64,000 bases of DNA. It comes from a virus. A program made the translations under genes and the position numbers. Each line of letters begins with the position of its first letter. Position 1 is the stretch's first letter. This document shows positions 49,978 through 60,096 of this stretch, piece after piece. The DNA is taken from positions 32,001 to 96,000 of the IMG/VR virus record IMGVR_UViG_3300035670_013167; one strand, written 5' to 3'. The notes under the pieces were generated by a model that saw nothing but the letters and a program-made list of their open reading frames with translations, did not search any database and was not told the DNA's origin.

Positions 49978-51014
49978 TAATTTTTCTCAAAAATTCTATT
50001 ATGAGTGTTATTTACCCTAACAAATGTACAACATTTGCTGAAGTCTTTCAAGGTCTCTGTGCCGACATATGTGCAAGCACTCCTAATTCCTCCCAATAAC
50101 TCAATAATAGTATCTTCAACAAATCCTTTGTAGGAAACCCAGACCGACCGACCTTCTGAAGCTCTGTAATTACATTGGCCGCCATTAAACTTCTTCATGG
50201 CCTCTTTACTACTCATTCCATAAAAATTCAAAAACTTTTTATTTCCATCATTATCATATTCCCAATCGCCTTCGCATTCTTCATGGCCACTCAACATTCC
50301 CCCCAACATAACAAAATCAGCACCCGCTCCAAATGCTTTTGCAACATCTCCAGATGATGTACAACCGCCATCAGCAACAATGTGGCCCCGTAAGCCATGG
50401 GCGGCATCTGCACACTCTGCTATACAACTTAGCTGCGGATATCCTACGCCCGTGACTATTCTCGTTGTACATGCACTACCGCCGCCAATTCCAACCTTAA
50501 CTATATCGACACCCCCGTTGAGCAATAATTCTTGAACCATCTCAGGAGTGCATATATTACCAGCCATGAGAACAGAATCTTTAAATTTTTCTCTTATAAT
50601 TTTACATTTCTCTTCAAAATATTTTGTATATCCATTAGCAACATCTAAACAAATATATTTTGGAACATACCCTGCCACTTTTATAAAATTATTCAACTTA
50701 TCGAAATCATCTTCTTTAATTCCTAATGTGTAAAAAGCTTGATGATTCTTAAAGAATTCAACCAACTGATTCACAGTGTAATGCTTGTGAAGACAAACGC
50801 TCATGTCATACTTAGAAAAAACATTCGCCATAGCAAAGGTTCCAGTTGTGCTCATATTAGCAGCTACTATTGGAACTCCTTGCCATTCAACGCCAGAATT
50901 TAAGAATTTAAAGTTTCTAACAAGGCTGACATTTTTTCTACTGGGAGATTCTGATCTTTTTGGGCGAATCAAAACATCAGAAAAATCTAACTTAATTTCG
51001 TTTTCAATTCTCAT
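49977..51014 (-). CDS. guaC: GMP reductase
   Basis: DVLIRPKRS, DVANGY, GIGGGSACTTR, ADGG, FYGMSS, ASEG. Confidence 0.95.
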   Translation of the reverse strand: MRIENEIKLDFSDVLIRPKRSESPSRKNVSLVRNFKFLNSGVEWQGVPIVAANMSTTGTFAMANVFSKYDMSVCLHKHYTVNQLVEFFKNHQAFYTLGIKEDDFDKLNNFIKVAGYVPKYICLDVANGYTKYFEEKCKIIREKFKDSVLMAGNICTPEMVQELLLNGGVDIVKVGIGGGSACTTRIVTGVGYPQLSCIAECADAAHGLRGHIVADGGCTSSGDVAKAFGAGADFVMLGGMLSGHEECEGDWEYDNDGNKKFLNFYGMSSKEAMKKFNGGQCNYRASEGRSVWVSYKGFVEDTIIELLGGIRSACTYVGTETLKDFSKCCTFVRVNNTHNRIFEKN

Positions 51015-51041
51015 TTATTAATTTCCTTATAAACAAACTAT

Positions 51042-51069
51042 ATTTTATTAGATTTTAGACTTTTGTCAA
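51042..51069 (-). promoter_or_regulatory. Sigma70-type promoter for guaC-helicase cluster
   Basis: TTGACA-16-TAAAAT. Confidence 0.6.
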
Positions 51070-51085
51070 TCGTAATGGGAGAAAT

Positions 51086-51361
51086 TTGAGAAGAAAAAAA
51101 CTCATCAATAAAAAAATAAAAAAATTAACAGATAAAAAATGCAAGTTTTGTTTACAAGAAGATTATTGCACCCTACAAGTACACAGAATAAAACCTGGCT
51201 GCGAGGGTGGAGAATATACAGAGTTCAATACAGTCACCACATGTAGCAACTGTCACAATAAAATTCATGATAAAAAAATAAAAATAGATAGAAAGTATCA
51301 ATCAACAAAAGGATGGATACTTCATTATTGGGATGAAAACGGGAATGAGCATTGGGACTAA
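51086..51361 (+). CDS. HNH endonuclease-like protein
   Basis: CKFC...VHRI...N...CSNCHNKIH. Confidence 0.75.
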   Translation: MRRKKLINKKIKKLTDKKCKFCLQEDYCTLQVHRIKPGCEGGEYTEFNTVTTCSNCHNKIHDKKIKIDRKYQSTKGWILHYWDENGNEHWD

Positions 51362-51503
51362 ATAATAAAATTATTAGAAACTAATTTTATTTTAACATAA
51401 TTTTCATCATAATTTTCTATTTCAACTACGGTTTTTCCTAAAAAACAATCTCCAATTTTAATATTTTTTGATTTTTCTACTAAGTAACAATTTTCTTCTA
51501 ATT

Positions 51504-52067
51504 TCAATTAGATCCACCTCCTAAATAGTCAAATTCCGAGATAGAGACCATTCCTGTTCTGATAGACTTTTCTCTTGTGATTCTTTTGCCCAAATTTTTC
51601 TGAGCATTCCATGTTATAGCTTTGCAATAAGTTATAAATTTGGAATCCATAATCAATCCTGCTTTTTTGTTTGGTCTTTCAGATATTGGAACTAAGCACT
51701 TCACTAATTTATCTAATATCTTTTCTTGGTATGGGCCAAACTTTTGACGGTTAGCTCCGTGTCTAGTTTTGTTTTTCCAAAGATTAGCCAATTGCTTAAT
51801 CATAGATTTTATAAAATCATCTTTAGCGTACTTCTTGCAAATCTCTAAAGACCTTTCGATATAGCACTGTCTTTTGTAGTAAGAAGCTGCTCGCAATAAA
51901 GCTATTCTCATATCTTGAGCAATATCTTCTTGGCTATCTGTATGGTTGTTTCTGGCATTTTTTTTAATTAATTGCCAAGCCTGATATTCACAAAGTTCGC
52001 CAAATTTATTATCTAATTGCATGTATTCTTCTTCTGTAACAGGAAAAGAATTTTGTATAACTTTCAT
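51504..52067 (-). CDS. Putative phage sigma factor (region-2/gp55-like)
   Basis: EDIAQDMRIALLRA...KFITYC..ITWNA......REK resembles sigma region 2. Confidence 0.5.
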   Translation of the reverse strand: MKVIQNSFPVTEEEYMQLDNKFGELCEYQAWQLIKKNARNNHTDSQEDIAQDMRIALLRAASYYKRQCYIERSLEICKKYAKDDFIKSMIKQLANLWKNKTRHGANRQKFGPYQEKILDKLVKCLVPISERPNKKAGLIMDSKFITYCKAITWNAQKNLGKRITREKSIRTGMVSISEFDYLGGGSN

Positions 52068-52078
52068 TTTAACCTCTT

Positions 52079-53362
52079 TTAATATTTTATAAGTTTATTT
52101 AAATTTTCTCCAAAATGACAAGAAGTTTTCAATTTTAAATTAGGAAACAAATCATCATCTTCTTCCAAAACTTTTTTACTTAATTCAATGATAGACCTAT
52201 ATTCTTTTTTATTACAAGAAATACAATATCCGTCATGTAAATGAAAGCATATCTTAGCCTTATTTGATAAGGCCTCATGCAGCTTTACAAGTTTTCTTAA
52301 GCAAATCATGTTTGATGGTGATTGTATACAAAAATTTTTAATTTTATACAACTCGTCTTTTTGAAATTTTCTTCTTCTACCGAATATATCAGTAGCAAAA
52401 TTGTTGCTATCGGTAGCTTGGCTTTTAACCCAAGCAAAAGCAACGGGAAAGGATCGTTCTAAATTATATATTAGTTTAGTTGCATTTTTTTCGCTAATTC
52501 CAATTCTTTTAGATAAAGAAAATGCTCCTTGACCAAAAATAACAGGCAAAAAGATATTTTTACATATTTTTCTTTGATCTTCTGTCGCGTCTTGATTTGT
52601 TAGCTTTTTCCAAATTAAATCATATAAATCGTCCTGAGATCTGGTGAACTCCATTAATTTTTCATCTTTTGTAATCCAAGCTAAAACACTAACCTCCATG
52701 TGTTTATAATCAAAATAAACAAAGTATTCTTGATCGCTTGGCAATCTCAAATTACTCTTTTCTTTTTCACCCATGGAATGTGGCAAAAAACAATCTTTTA
52801 ATACTTTTAAATTTTTCATTCTTCCATTAGATTGACCTTCAATTTCATAATAAGAATACACAAGCCGTTTAGCAGCAACGTCAACAAGAGGATTCGTTTC
52901 GATGCTAGGAATAACTCGACAAATTAAAGGGTAAAAAACTTCTTCATAAAACTTCTCAAAGTTCTTCCAGCCATCTGTTTTTCTTATATAATTCATAAGA
53001 AAAAAAGCATCTTTTGAAGAATTTGGCTTTTTTCTAGGCAGACTAAAATAAGAACATATTAAATTTAGATCATATACAACTTTATTGAATTGTATATTTA
53101 TTTGAGATTTTTTTCTGAAGTAAGAGATTATATTTTTTAGATTCCAAGAAATAAGATCGCAATTTTTTGTATAAAAATAAAAACTTGCTGCGATGTTTTC
53201 TATGTCTTTTTCATTTTGCAAGCCAATAGTGAATTTATTTCCATTAGTTTGAATACTCAAATCAATTAAAGAATCATCAGTCCAATCAACGTGATCTTGC
53301 TCAAAATGAAAAAAAACTTTTGAGTCTTGTATAGATTCTAAAACAGACGCTACTTCTTGCAT
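52079..53362 (-). CDS. Truncated/degenerate family A DNA polymerase
   Basis: Motif A DYKHME, motif B RKICK..F...FG, FGRRR, IQS, motif C LHDG. Confidence 0.8.
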   Translation of the reverse strand: MQEVASVLESIQDSKVFFHFEQDHVDWTDDSLIDLSIQTNGNKFTIGLQNEKDIENIAASFYFYTKNCDLISWNLKNIISYFRKKSQINIQFNKVVYDLNLICSYFSLPRKKPNSSKDAFFLMNYIRKTDGWKNFEKFYEEVFYPLICRVIPSIETNPLVDVAAKRLVYSYYEIEGQSNGRMKNLKVLKDCFLPHSMGEKEKSNLRLPSDQEYFVYFDYKHMEVSVLAWITKDEKLMEFTRSQDDLYDLIWKKLTNQDATEDQRKICKNIFLPVIFGQGAFSLSKRIGISEKNATKLIYNLERSFPVAFAWVKSQATDSNNFATDIFGRRRKFQKDELYKIKNFCIQSPSNMICLRKLVKLHEALSNKAKICFHLHDGYCISCNKKEYRSIIELSKKVLEEDDDLFPNLKLKTSCHFGENLNKLIKY

Positions 53363-53389
53363 TTGCGTATTATATTTGAAAAACAAAGA

Positions 53390-53659
53390 TTAATCTATTG
53401 GTTTGATAATTTTTTGAGTTTGTCTAATTAAACGATCTTCATTTTTATATTTGTCATTCTTAATTTTTCTTACATTAATTCTTTTTTCTCTTTCTTTTTT
53501 ACTCACTCCAATAGATCCTTTATTTCTTTTTTTTATAATAGAAAAATAAACATTCTTATTAATTTGTTGATCTTTATAAAATTTTTCAATAGCTTCATCT
53601 AAGGTAATTCCAAGTTTCTTAGATAATCTTTTTATATTTCTTCTATGTTTTTTTAACAT
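53390..53659 (-). CDS. Basic hypothetical protein
   Basis: K/R-rich ORF. Confidence 0.5.
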   Translation of the reverse strand: MLKKHRRNIKRLSKKLGITLDEAIEKFYKDQQINKNVYFSIIKKRNKGSIGVSKKEREKRINVRKIKNDKYKNEDRLIRQTQKIIKPID

Positions 53660-54184
53660 TTAATTATAAGTGCGCACCTAGGGTATAATCCCTAGAGATC
53701 TTATCCTTTAACACTTTAGTTAATTAGGGGATCTATATTGGGATTGAGTGTTTTAAATTGATCTTTGTATTCTACCTTTTCAGTTTCTTCACTTAACTCC
53801 CTTGGATATTTTTTATTACTATCTCGTATGACCATGACCCTATACCCTGTTGATAGATCTACTACTATCTGGTTACATGGAAAACCCGTAGAGGGAAAAA
53901 TATCCTTTTCGTTAAGCAATTCAGCTTCCCTATATTAATCAAAATTGATTAAAAGCTTAGAAACACTGGGGGAGTTTTTAACCCCATTGGTTCGTCTGAC
54001 ACACCTGTTACTTTTTCTTTTTCAAGACTTTTTGCCAATTACGAATTAGCCCGTGCAAGTTTCAGGTAAAAACAACGGTAAAGATCAATTAACTCACTAG
54101 AAATAAATTCTAGACCGTACATAAGTTATGATAATGTAGTAAAACCGTTTGACGAATTGTATCTGTTTTTTTAGAATAGTCAAT

Positions 54185-54835
54185 ATGAATGAGTTAGAAT
54201 TAATTCTGAAGTACAAAATGAACGATTTAGAAGCAAAAGCTTTTAAAATTTGTTTAATGTGGCAAGATTTATGCAAAAAAGAATTTCCTAATGAAAGATA
54301 TTTAAAAATATCTAAAACAAAAGATCCAAGAAAAACAACTTTATTTAAATATGCATATAAATTAATTAGAGAAACAAAAGGATTATTAACAAGCGATAAA
54401 GAATATTATATTTATATTCTTGCTCAATTACAAATATTAAAATTGATGAAAGAAGGCGATATACATGCTTTAATTGAACCTCAAATTCTTGTTGGTGATA
54501 AAGCTTGGAAAAGATGGAAAATTTGGAAGAAGAAATATGACAAAAAAGTAAATGAAATAAAAGACTATAGAGATGTCGGATTAGTAACTAGCGAAAGACA
54601 AATAAAAATCGAATTAAAAAGAACTTTAGAATTTTTAAATAAATTAGATTATTCATCTATAAAAAAATCAGACTTTGAAAGATGGGTAAGTACAAAACAA
54701 ATTTCTCCTTATTATGTAATTTTATCTCCTTTTGCTAAAAAATTTATTACAGAATTTGATTATGAATTATACAAACCTTCTATAACTCCTAAAGTTGAGG
54801 AATTTTTTAAGAAAGAATTTAGCCATGAGTTTTAA
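54185..54835 (+). CDS. Hypothetical protein
   Basis: Promoter TTGACG-17-TAGAAT 7 nt before ATG 54185. Confidence 0.7.
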   Translation: MNELELILKYKMNDLEAKAFKICLMWQDLCKKEFPNERYLKISKTKDPRKTTLFKYAYKLIRETKGLLTSDKEYYIYILAQLQILKLMKEGDIHALIEPQILVGDKAWKRWKIWKKKYDKKVNEIKDYRDVGLVTSERQIKIELKRTLEFLNKLDYSSIKKSDFERWVSTKQISPYYVILSPFAKKFITEFDYELYKPSITPKVEEFFKKEFSHEF

Positions 54836-55265
54836 AAATCACAGTATATTTGGACCAAAAAAAGAAGAAGAACATATTAATAAAATTTTTATCAAAAAGA
54901 ATAAAAAAGGAGAATGGTCTTTTGAAAAAAATGGTCAATTTTACAACATGAGTCCGGCCGAAATTACCAAATATTCTTTTTCGCCAATAATATCAGGAGC
55001 AGATAAATTAATTAATAATGCTTGTAAAATAAAAAATATAAACTCAAATAAAGGAATGTATCTGTATTTTTCAGAAGAAGAATTTATAGATTGTGATGTT
55101 AGAATGGAATTTGATGAAAAATTATTTGATGGTTGGCTTTATAATATTTATTCTGAAAAAATATCTGTAGACAAAGGACAAAAAGCTTGGGCATGTGATT
55201 ATTTAAAATTATATTACAAAGAGCCACCAAAAAAAGTTTATTTAAAACTAGAAGAAAAATCATAA
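54825..55265 (+). CDS. Hypothetical protein
   Basis: ORF overlapping upstream gene end. Confidence 0.6.
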   Translation: MSFKNHSIFGPKKEEEHINKIFIKKNKKGEWSFEKNGQFYNMSPAEITKYSFSPIISGADKLINNACKIKNINSNKGMYLYFSEEEFIDCDVRMEFDEKLFDGWLYNIYSEKISVDKGQKAWACDYLKLYYKEPPKKVYLKLEEKS

Positions 55266-55318
55266 ATTAAAATTTAAAATATATACAAATAAAATTTTAA
55301 TTCTATTGTATAATTTAT

Positions 55319-55612
55319 TTAACAAGATCCCCAAAATACTACATATGTGTCTCCACAAGAAGGAGCAGAAACTCCATACACTATACTATTTCCGTCCCAT
55401 AAATGTCCAACACCCTGAGGAGTAGAGGGACACGAGCAGTCATTAACTTCTCCAACCTTTACGCATTTATTGCTAAGGTTCCATTGTCCTTGATCTCCGG
55501 AACATGTGTATTCGCAACCCATGTAATAAAATGGATCGTTAGGGCTTCCTTCTGCATCTCCGTTGTAACATCCGTTTTTTGCACTTAAAACACTAAATAT
55601 TGGCTCATTCAT
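55319..55612 (-). CDS. Small Cys-rich protein
   Basis: 8 Cys; SD AGGA. Confidence 0.6.
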   Translation of the reverse strand: MNEPIFSVLSAKNGCYNGDAEGSPNDPFYYMGCEYTCSGDQGQWNLSNKCVKVGEVNDCSCPSTPQGVGHLWDGNSIVYGVSAPSCGDTYVVFWGSC

Positions 55613-55725
55613 GATTTATTCCTTTTTTTAAAATTGTTATATTATTAAATGACACGAACATAACGAAAAGCAACCTTTTAAGATTATTTATTTTTATTTA
55701 TAAATTAAGGCGTATAAATAAAAAT

Positions 55726-56031
55726 ATGAATTTTAGGCAATTTTATGAAATGGCTAGTTTTACTTTACCTCATTCTATAAATATAGATGGAGAAAAAGTA
55801 CAAGCTATAGATATGCAATTTGAACTAAGTCCAAAAACCTTAGATAAAAATGGCAAAGTAATGAATCAAGGATCTAAATTTATTGCTAAAATGCCTAATT
55901 CTAGTGATTATTTAGTTTATAATGGCGAAGGATATTCGATCTTTGCCGACAGAGATAATTTATATAATTTATTAGAAAAAGGCTATGAATTAATTCCAAA
56001 AGATTGGTGGAAAAAAGCTAGATTTATTTAG
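55726..56031 (+). CDS. Hypothetical protein (MNFRQFYEM)
   Basis: TATAAATA-N5-ATG. Confidence 0.65.
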   Translation: MNFRQFYEMASFTLPHSINIDGEKVQAIDMQFELSPKTLDKNGKVMNQGSKFIAKMPNSSDYLVYNGEGYSIFADRDNLYNLLEKGYELIPKDWWKKARFI

Positions 56032-56401
56032 ATTCAAATTCTATTAATAATTTTTCTACTTCTTCTATAGAATTAATATAAATTTCTATTTTGTCTCTCG
56101 TTCTTTCATTTGAAGAATGAGTTTTTTCCATATGACAATTATGACATAATAAAATACACTTTTTCATTTCTTCTATTAATTCTGAAGGTTTGTGTTTTTT
56201 AGAATAAAGTCGATACATCCCACCAGCACTAGATCTTTTAGAATATCCATTTTTAACATGCTCAGATTTATCTTCTCCGGGCAAATGATCAAAACACAAA
56301 CAAGAAGGATGTTTGTTATAACCGCAATTTTGACATCCTACTGATATTTTATAAATGTCTACAATTTTATGTCTATAATCTTTTATATTTTTACTATTCA
56401 T
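56024..56401 (-). CDS. HNH-like protein
   Basis: CQNCG...FDH...KCILLCHNCH. Confidence 0.75.
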   Translation of the reverse strand: MNSKNIKDYRHKIVDIYKISVGCQNCGYNKHPSCLCFDHLPGEDKSEHVKNGYSKRSSAGGMYRLYSKKHKPSELIEEMKKCILLCHNCHMEKTHSSNERTRDKIEIYINSIEEVEKLLIEFESK

Positions 56402-56449
56402 GATACAATCTAGAAATCAACATTAAACTATATTATATTAAATATTAAA

Positions 56450-56956
56450 ATGATTATCAATAGCAAAAAGTTTAAAAGATTCATAACTAGCAAAAAAATA
56501 AAAAATAAAATAAATTTTATAGCCAAAAAAATAAACAAGGACTACAAAGATAAAAATCCTTTGTTCTTATGCATACTAGATGGATCATTTATGTTTGCAT
56601 CTCAACTTTACAAAAAAATAAAAGTTGAATCTGAAATAAGCTTTGTAAAAATAAAATCTTACAAAGGCACCAAATCAAATGGAATAAATAATTTAATAGG
56701 AATAAATCAAGATCTAGAAGATAAAGATGTTGTGATAGTAGAAGATATTGTAGACACGGGCAAAACTATAAAATATATACTTAACAATATAAATTGTAGA
56801 TCAATTAGAATCGCAACTCTGTTATCAAAACCAGAAGTTCATAATCTAAAATTAGATTATGTTGGGTTTGAAATACCTGATAAATTTGTAATTGGCTATG
56901 GTTTAGATTATAATGGTTTAGGAAGAAATTTAAAGGAAATATATCAAATATCATGA
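56450..56956 (+). CDS. hpt: Hypoxanthine phosphoribosyltransferase
   Basis: VEDIVDTGKT, FVIGYGLDY..GRNL. Confidence 0.93.
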   Translation: MIINSKKFKRFITSKKIKNKINFIAKKINKDYKDKNPLFLCILDGSFMFASQLYKKIKVESEISFVKIKSYKGTKSNGINNLIGINQDLEDKDVVIVEDIVDTGKTIKYILNNINCRSIRIATLLSKPEVHNLKLDYVGFEIPDKFVIGYGLDYNGLGRNLKEIYQIS

Positions 56957-57993
56957 TAAATGAAATTTTTTTAGAACCTGTTATGTATGTTTATGTTTTG
57001 AGTGGAGAAAACTTAAAGAAAAAATCTAATAATGAAGATTATTGGAAAATAAAAGTATTGACCACTCTTGATAGTCCTAAGGAAATTGACCTAAAAATAT
57101 GGGAATGCGGCCCTAATCCTAGCGATAATAATGATTTGCCACAAAAAGGCGATTACTTAAAAATAATTATAGAAAATTTAGAGGAATTTGAAAAAGAGTA
57201 CAAACTTCCGGCAAGTAGATTTTCATCAACAATTGGCCGTGGGAAAAACTTGAGCAATATTAAAATAGACAAATCAAAAATCCCAGAAGAATACTTGAAC
57301 AAACTTGTTCTAAAGTGTGCGAGTCCAAAGCAAATTAAAAAAGCATGGTCGATAATAGATTCGAATGAGTATTGGGAATGCGAAGAAAATTATAAATTTA
57401 TAATGACCGTTTTAGACCGTGTAGGAAGAAAAAAAATTGAAGAAGCACCTGCTGCTAAATCTTGTCATCATAATTACAAAGGCGGTCTATTAATTCATAC
57501 TAGCGAGGTACTAAGAAGTGCTAGATATAATGTATTAAGTAAGCAACCTCATTATGATTTTATAAATTACGATGTTGTTTGCGGAGCGGCAATATTACAT
57601 GATATTGGCAAAATAAATACGTTTATGTGTGATGAGCTTAATGTTCCTGATAGTTCTGAAGAAGAGTCTTTACTAGGACATCCTTACTATTCAATGTTTT
57701 ATATTAAAAAAATAGCAGAAGAAATTAATTTTGAAAATAAAGAATATATTAAAGAATTGCTACATTGCGTTGCTTCTCACCACGGCAGGCCAGAATGGGG
57801 AGCAATAAAAGAAGCAAAAACCCCTGAAGCTCTAATTTTACATGACGCAGATAATGAAAGCAGTACAATTGAATCCTTTAAGGATTTATTATTAAAATCA
57901 ACAAATGATCAAAAGTTTATGAAACATTTTGGAGATAATTTTTATATAACTTACAAAGCTAAAAAAATGAAATCGGAAGGCAAATTAAATTAA
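56953..57993 (+). CDS. YhaM/Cbf1-like HD-domain protein
   Basis: PAAKSCHH..GGLLIH, LHDIGK, GH, SHHG, HDAD. Confidence 0.85.
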   Translation: MINEIFLEPVMYVYVLSGENLKKKSNNEDYWKIKVLTTLDSPKEIDLKIWECGPNPSDNNDLPQKGDYLKIIIENLEEFEKEYKLPASRFSSTIGRGKNLSNIKIDKSKIPEEYLNKLVLKCASPKQIKKAWSIIDSNEYWECEENYKFIMTVLDRVGRKKIEEAPAAKSCHHNYKGGLLIHTSEVLRSARYNVLSKQPHYDFINYDVVCGAAILHDIGKINTFMCDELNVPDSSEEESLLGHPYYSMFYIKKIAEEINFENKEYIKELLHCVASHHGRPEWGAIKEAKTPEALILHDADNESSTIESFKDLLLKSTNDQKFMKHFGDNFYITYKAKKMKSEGKLN

Positions 57994-58979
57994 TACAAAC
58001 CGATATATTCTACCGGAGCATCTTTTATTACTTGGTAATATTTTATTGGTCCATCTAAAGTTTTTATTAAGTATTTGTTATTTATTTTAATTTTATAAAT
58101 ATCTCTTCTTTCATCTGTGCCGGACAGATCACCAGCCAAACCGTCAACATGATTGAAGCTATTTGATAAAAATATATTGGCTGGCAAATAATCTGTTTTA
58201 TTATAAAATTCTCTATCTTTAGTTGGCCTTGCTGTATACAAGGTTAATATTTGATTTTTTTTATTTGGGTTTTGAAGTTGTGAAATTAAATTAAAATAAT
58301 CTTGTTTTTCCTCGTTACTTGTAAAAAGATATTCTGACTCTTCTTCGTCTGCTTCTAATATGTCTTCTATGGTGAATTTTTCATCTTGTTTCCAAATTTG
58401 AAAATCTCCATTTTTATTTCCCACCTTAATTTCAGCACTATCTGAAGAAGATAAAAAATCCTCATCAGATGAATTATAAATTGGAAATATTGTTACTTTG
58501 GATCCATTCCAATCTAAATTTGATATTGCTTGATCTATTTTATTTTTTATTTCAAGCATATTTTGATTTGTTTTTTCTAAAACATTATTTAATAAATTAT
58601 AATATTCATTTTTATCTATTTTTCTATCGTCCAAAGAGTCCAGATACCTCCAGAGATATCTCATTACATTAAAAACTTTGTATCTATCATCACCGGACAA
58701 AGATCTTTGCCAATCCCACAGATCATCGCTCCATGTTTTTGCTACTGATCTTGTGGACGAATTGGGCAATTGAACAATCAATTCATTTATTTTTGGGTAG
58801 TCTTTTAGTTCTTTTTTTATATAATTTAGATCTAATTTGAAATTTTTTAATTCTTCGGTTTCATTTTCATAATCACTAAAAAAATCTTCTATTTTTTTAG
58901 TGATTATTTTCTTGAGATTATCTATATTGATTTGAACCAAATTATTTATATTTTCTAGGAATTGATAAAAAGTTTTCAT
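57990..58979 (-). CDS. Hypothetical protein (MKTFYQFLE), possible ART-like C-terminus
   Basis: Shared N-terminal motif; LYTARP...FLS...IYKIKI. Confidence 0.6.
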   Translation of the reverse strand: MKTFYQFLENINNLVQINIDNLKKIITKKIEDFFSDYENETEELKNFKLDLNYIKKELKDYPKINELIVQLPNSSTRSVAKTWSDDLWDWQRSLSGDDRYKVFNVMRYLWRYLDSLDDRKIDKNEYYNLLNNVLEKTNQNMLEIKNKIDQAISNLDWNGSKVTIFPIYNSSDEDFLSSSDSAEIKVGNKNGDFQIWKQDEKFTIEDILEADEEESEYLFTSNEEKQDYFNLISQLQNPNKKNQILTLYTARPTKDREFYNKTDYLPANIFLSNSFNHVDGLAGDLSGTDERRDIYKIKINNKYLIKTLDGPIKYYQVIKDAPVEYIGLY

Positions 58980-59395
58980 ACATTGCACTCTATAAAAATA
59001 GGAGAATAAGCAGAGGCGTCGTAATCATTTGAAATAATAGCAACATCTCCAAAAAAAACATGATTAATTTTGTAAACTTCTATATCTTCTCCATATATGT
59101 CTTCTGCATCTTTTAGATTTATAAAAGCCAGAGTTTTTCCAAATTTTTTTAAAATATTATATATTCTTCCATCAAGATCATGTTGTTCTGTGTATATTTT
59201 TTTAATATTATTTTTTTTACAAATTTCAACAAGATTATATATTAATTTTGTTCCTATGCCTTTTCCTTGTAGGTTATCAGGAACAGATAATCCCGCAATA
59301 TATGCATAGTTTGAACCTAGTTTATAAGAAAGAAAAGAATCTCCTTCTTGAATGTTTTTATTTATATTTTCTAGGAATTTATAAAAGCTAATCAT
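58976..59395 (-). CDS. GNAT acetyltransferase
   Basis: LSVPDNLQGKGIGTKL acetyl-CoA motif. Confidence 0.8.
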   Translation of the reverse strand: MISFYKFLENINKNIQEGDSFLSYKLGSNYAYIAGLSVPDNLQGKGIGTKLIYNLVEICKKNNIKKIYTEQHDLDGRIYNILKKFGKTLAFINLKDAEDIYGEDIEVYKINHVFFGDVAIISNDYDASAYSPIFIECNV

Positions 59396-59396
59396 T

Positions 59397-60023
59397 TTAT
59401 TCCCAACTTATTCTTTTGCTGCTTTTTTTTCTTCTAGTTCCTTTTTTATTGCAAGCTGATAAAGTTGGTCTGCAAGCTGGGTATTCTCTTTCTGCTCCTT
59501 TGCCTGCTTTTTTTCTTCCGCAAGGAACTAAATTTCCTTTTTTACTAGCTTTGCAATCAATCCAACCGCCAGTTTTTCTGTCGAACCAGCCTTTTAGCCC
59601 TCTTTCTTTTTCTAATTTGAATGTGTTTTCCTTGAAATCTTCTGGTTTTGTGTTTTCTTTAGCAATAGATTTTATCCTAGCAATAAATAAATTTAGATCT
59701 GTTCTTTCTGGTATTTTTTTATGCATATCAATCAAAGCTTTTCTTATTTCTTTTGATGGCGCTGTTTCTGCATCTATGCCTTTATATTTTAATGACATTA
59801 TTGCTTGCATTGCATCATCATATTGTTTCTTTTCTTTTAGAGATTCATTTATTTCTACTTGCTCTTTTTTTGTTTTATTTCCCCAATTTTTAGCTCCTAC
59901 TTTGCGACAACGAACCAGCGCACCCGAGGCATAAGCGCTAGGAAAAACTGAATATCTATTTTTTACTTTGTGATAACAGGCATCTTTTTCTTCTCTTATT
60001 TCTAACCACTCTGAAAATTTCAT
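59397..60023 (-). CDS. Conserved T4-like phage protein
   Basis: DACYHKVK..Y.VFPSAYASGAL..CRK and PCGR...YPACRP motifs. Confidence 0.65.
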   Translation of the reverse strand: MKFSEWLEIREEKDACYHKVKNRYSVFPSAYASGALVRCRKVGAKNWGNKTKKEQVEINESLKEKKQYDDAMQAIMSLKYKGIDAETAPSKEIRKALIDMHKKIPERTDLNLFIARIKSIAKENTKPEDFKENTFKLEKERGLKGWFDRKTGGWIDCKASKKGNLVPCGRKKAGKGAEREYPACRPTLSACNKKGTRRKKSSKRISWE

Positions 60024-60096
60024 TTCCGACCTCTTTATTGGTATTTTTTAGTATTAATCATTGATCTATATTCTATACTTGGGGAGTTTTGTCATT

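Noticed and set aside
53716-53919. 67-aa TTG-start ORF
   Set aside because: Atypical composition, lies in a hairpin-rich region, no recognisable motif; not excluded but unsupported.
55705-55725. Second IS left end (GGCGTATAAATAAAAAT also at 13643-13659)
   Set aside because: No subterminal hairpin or tnpB nearby; better explained as a promoter box.
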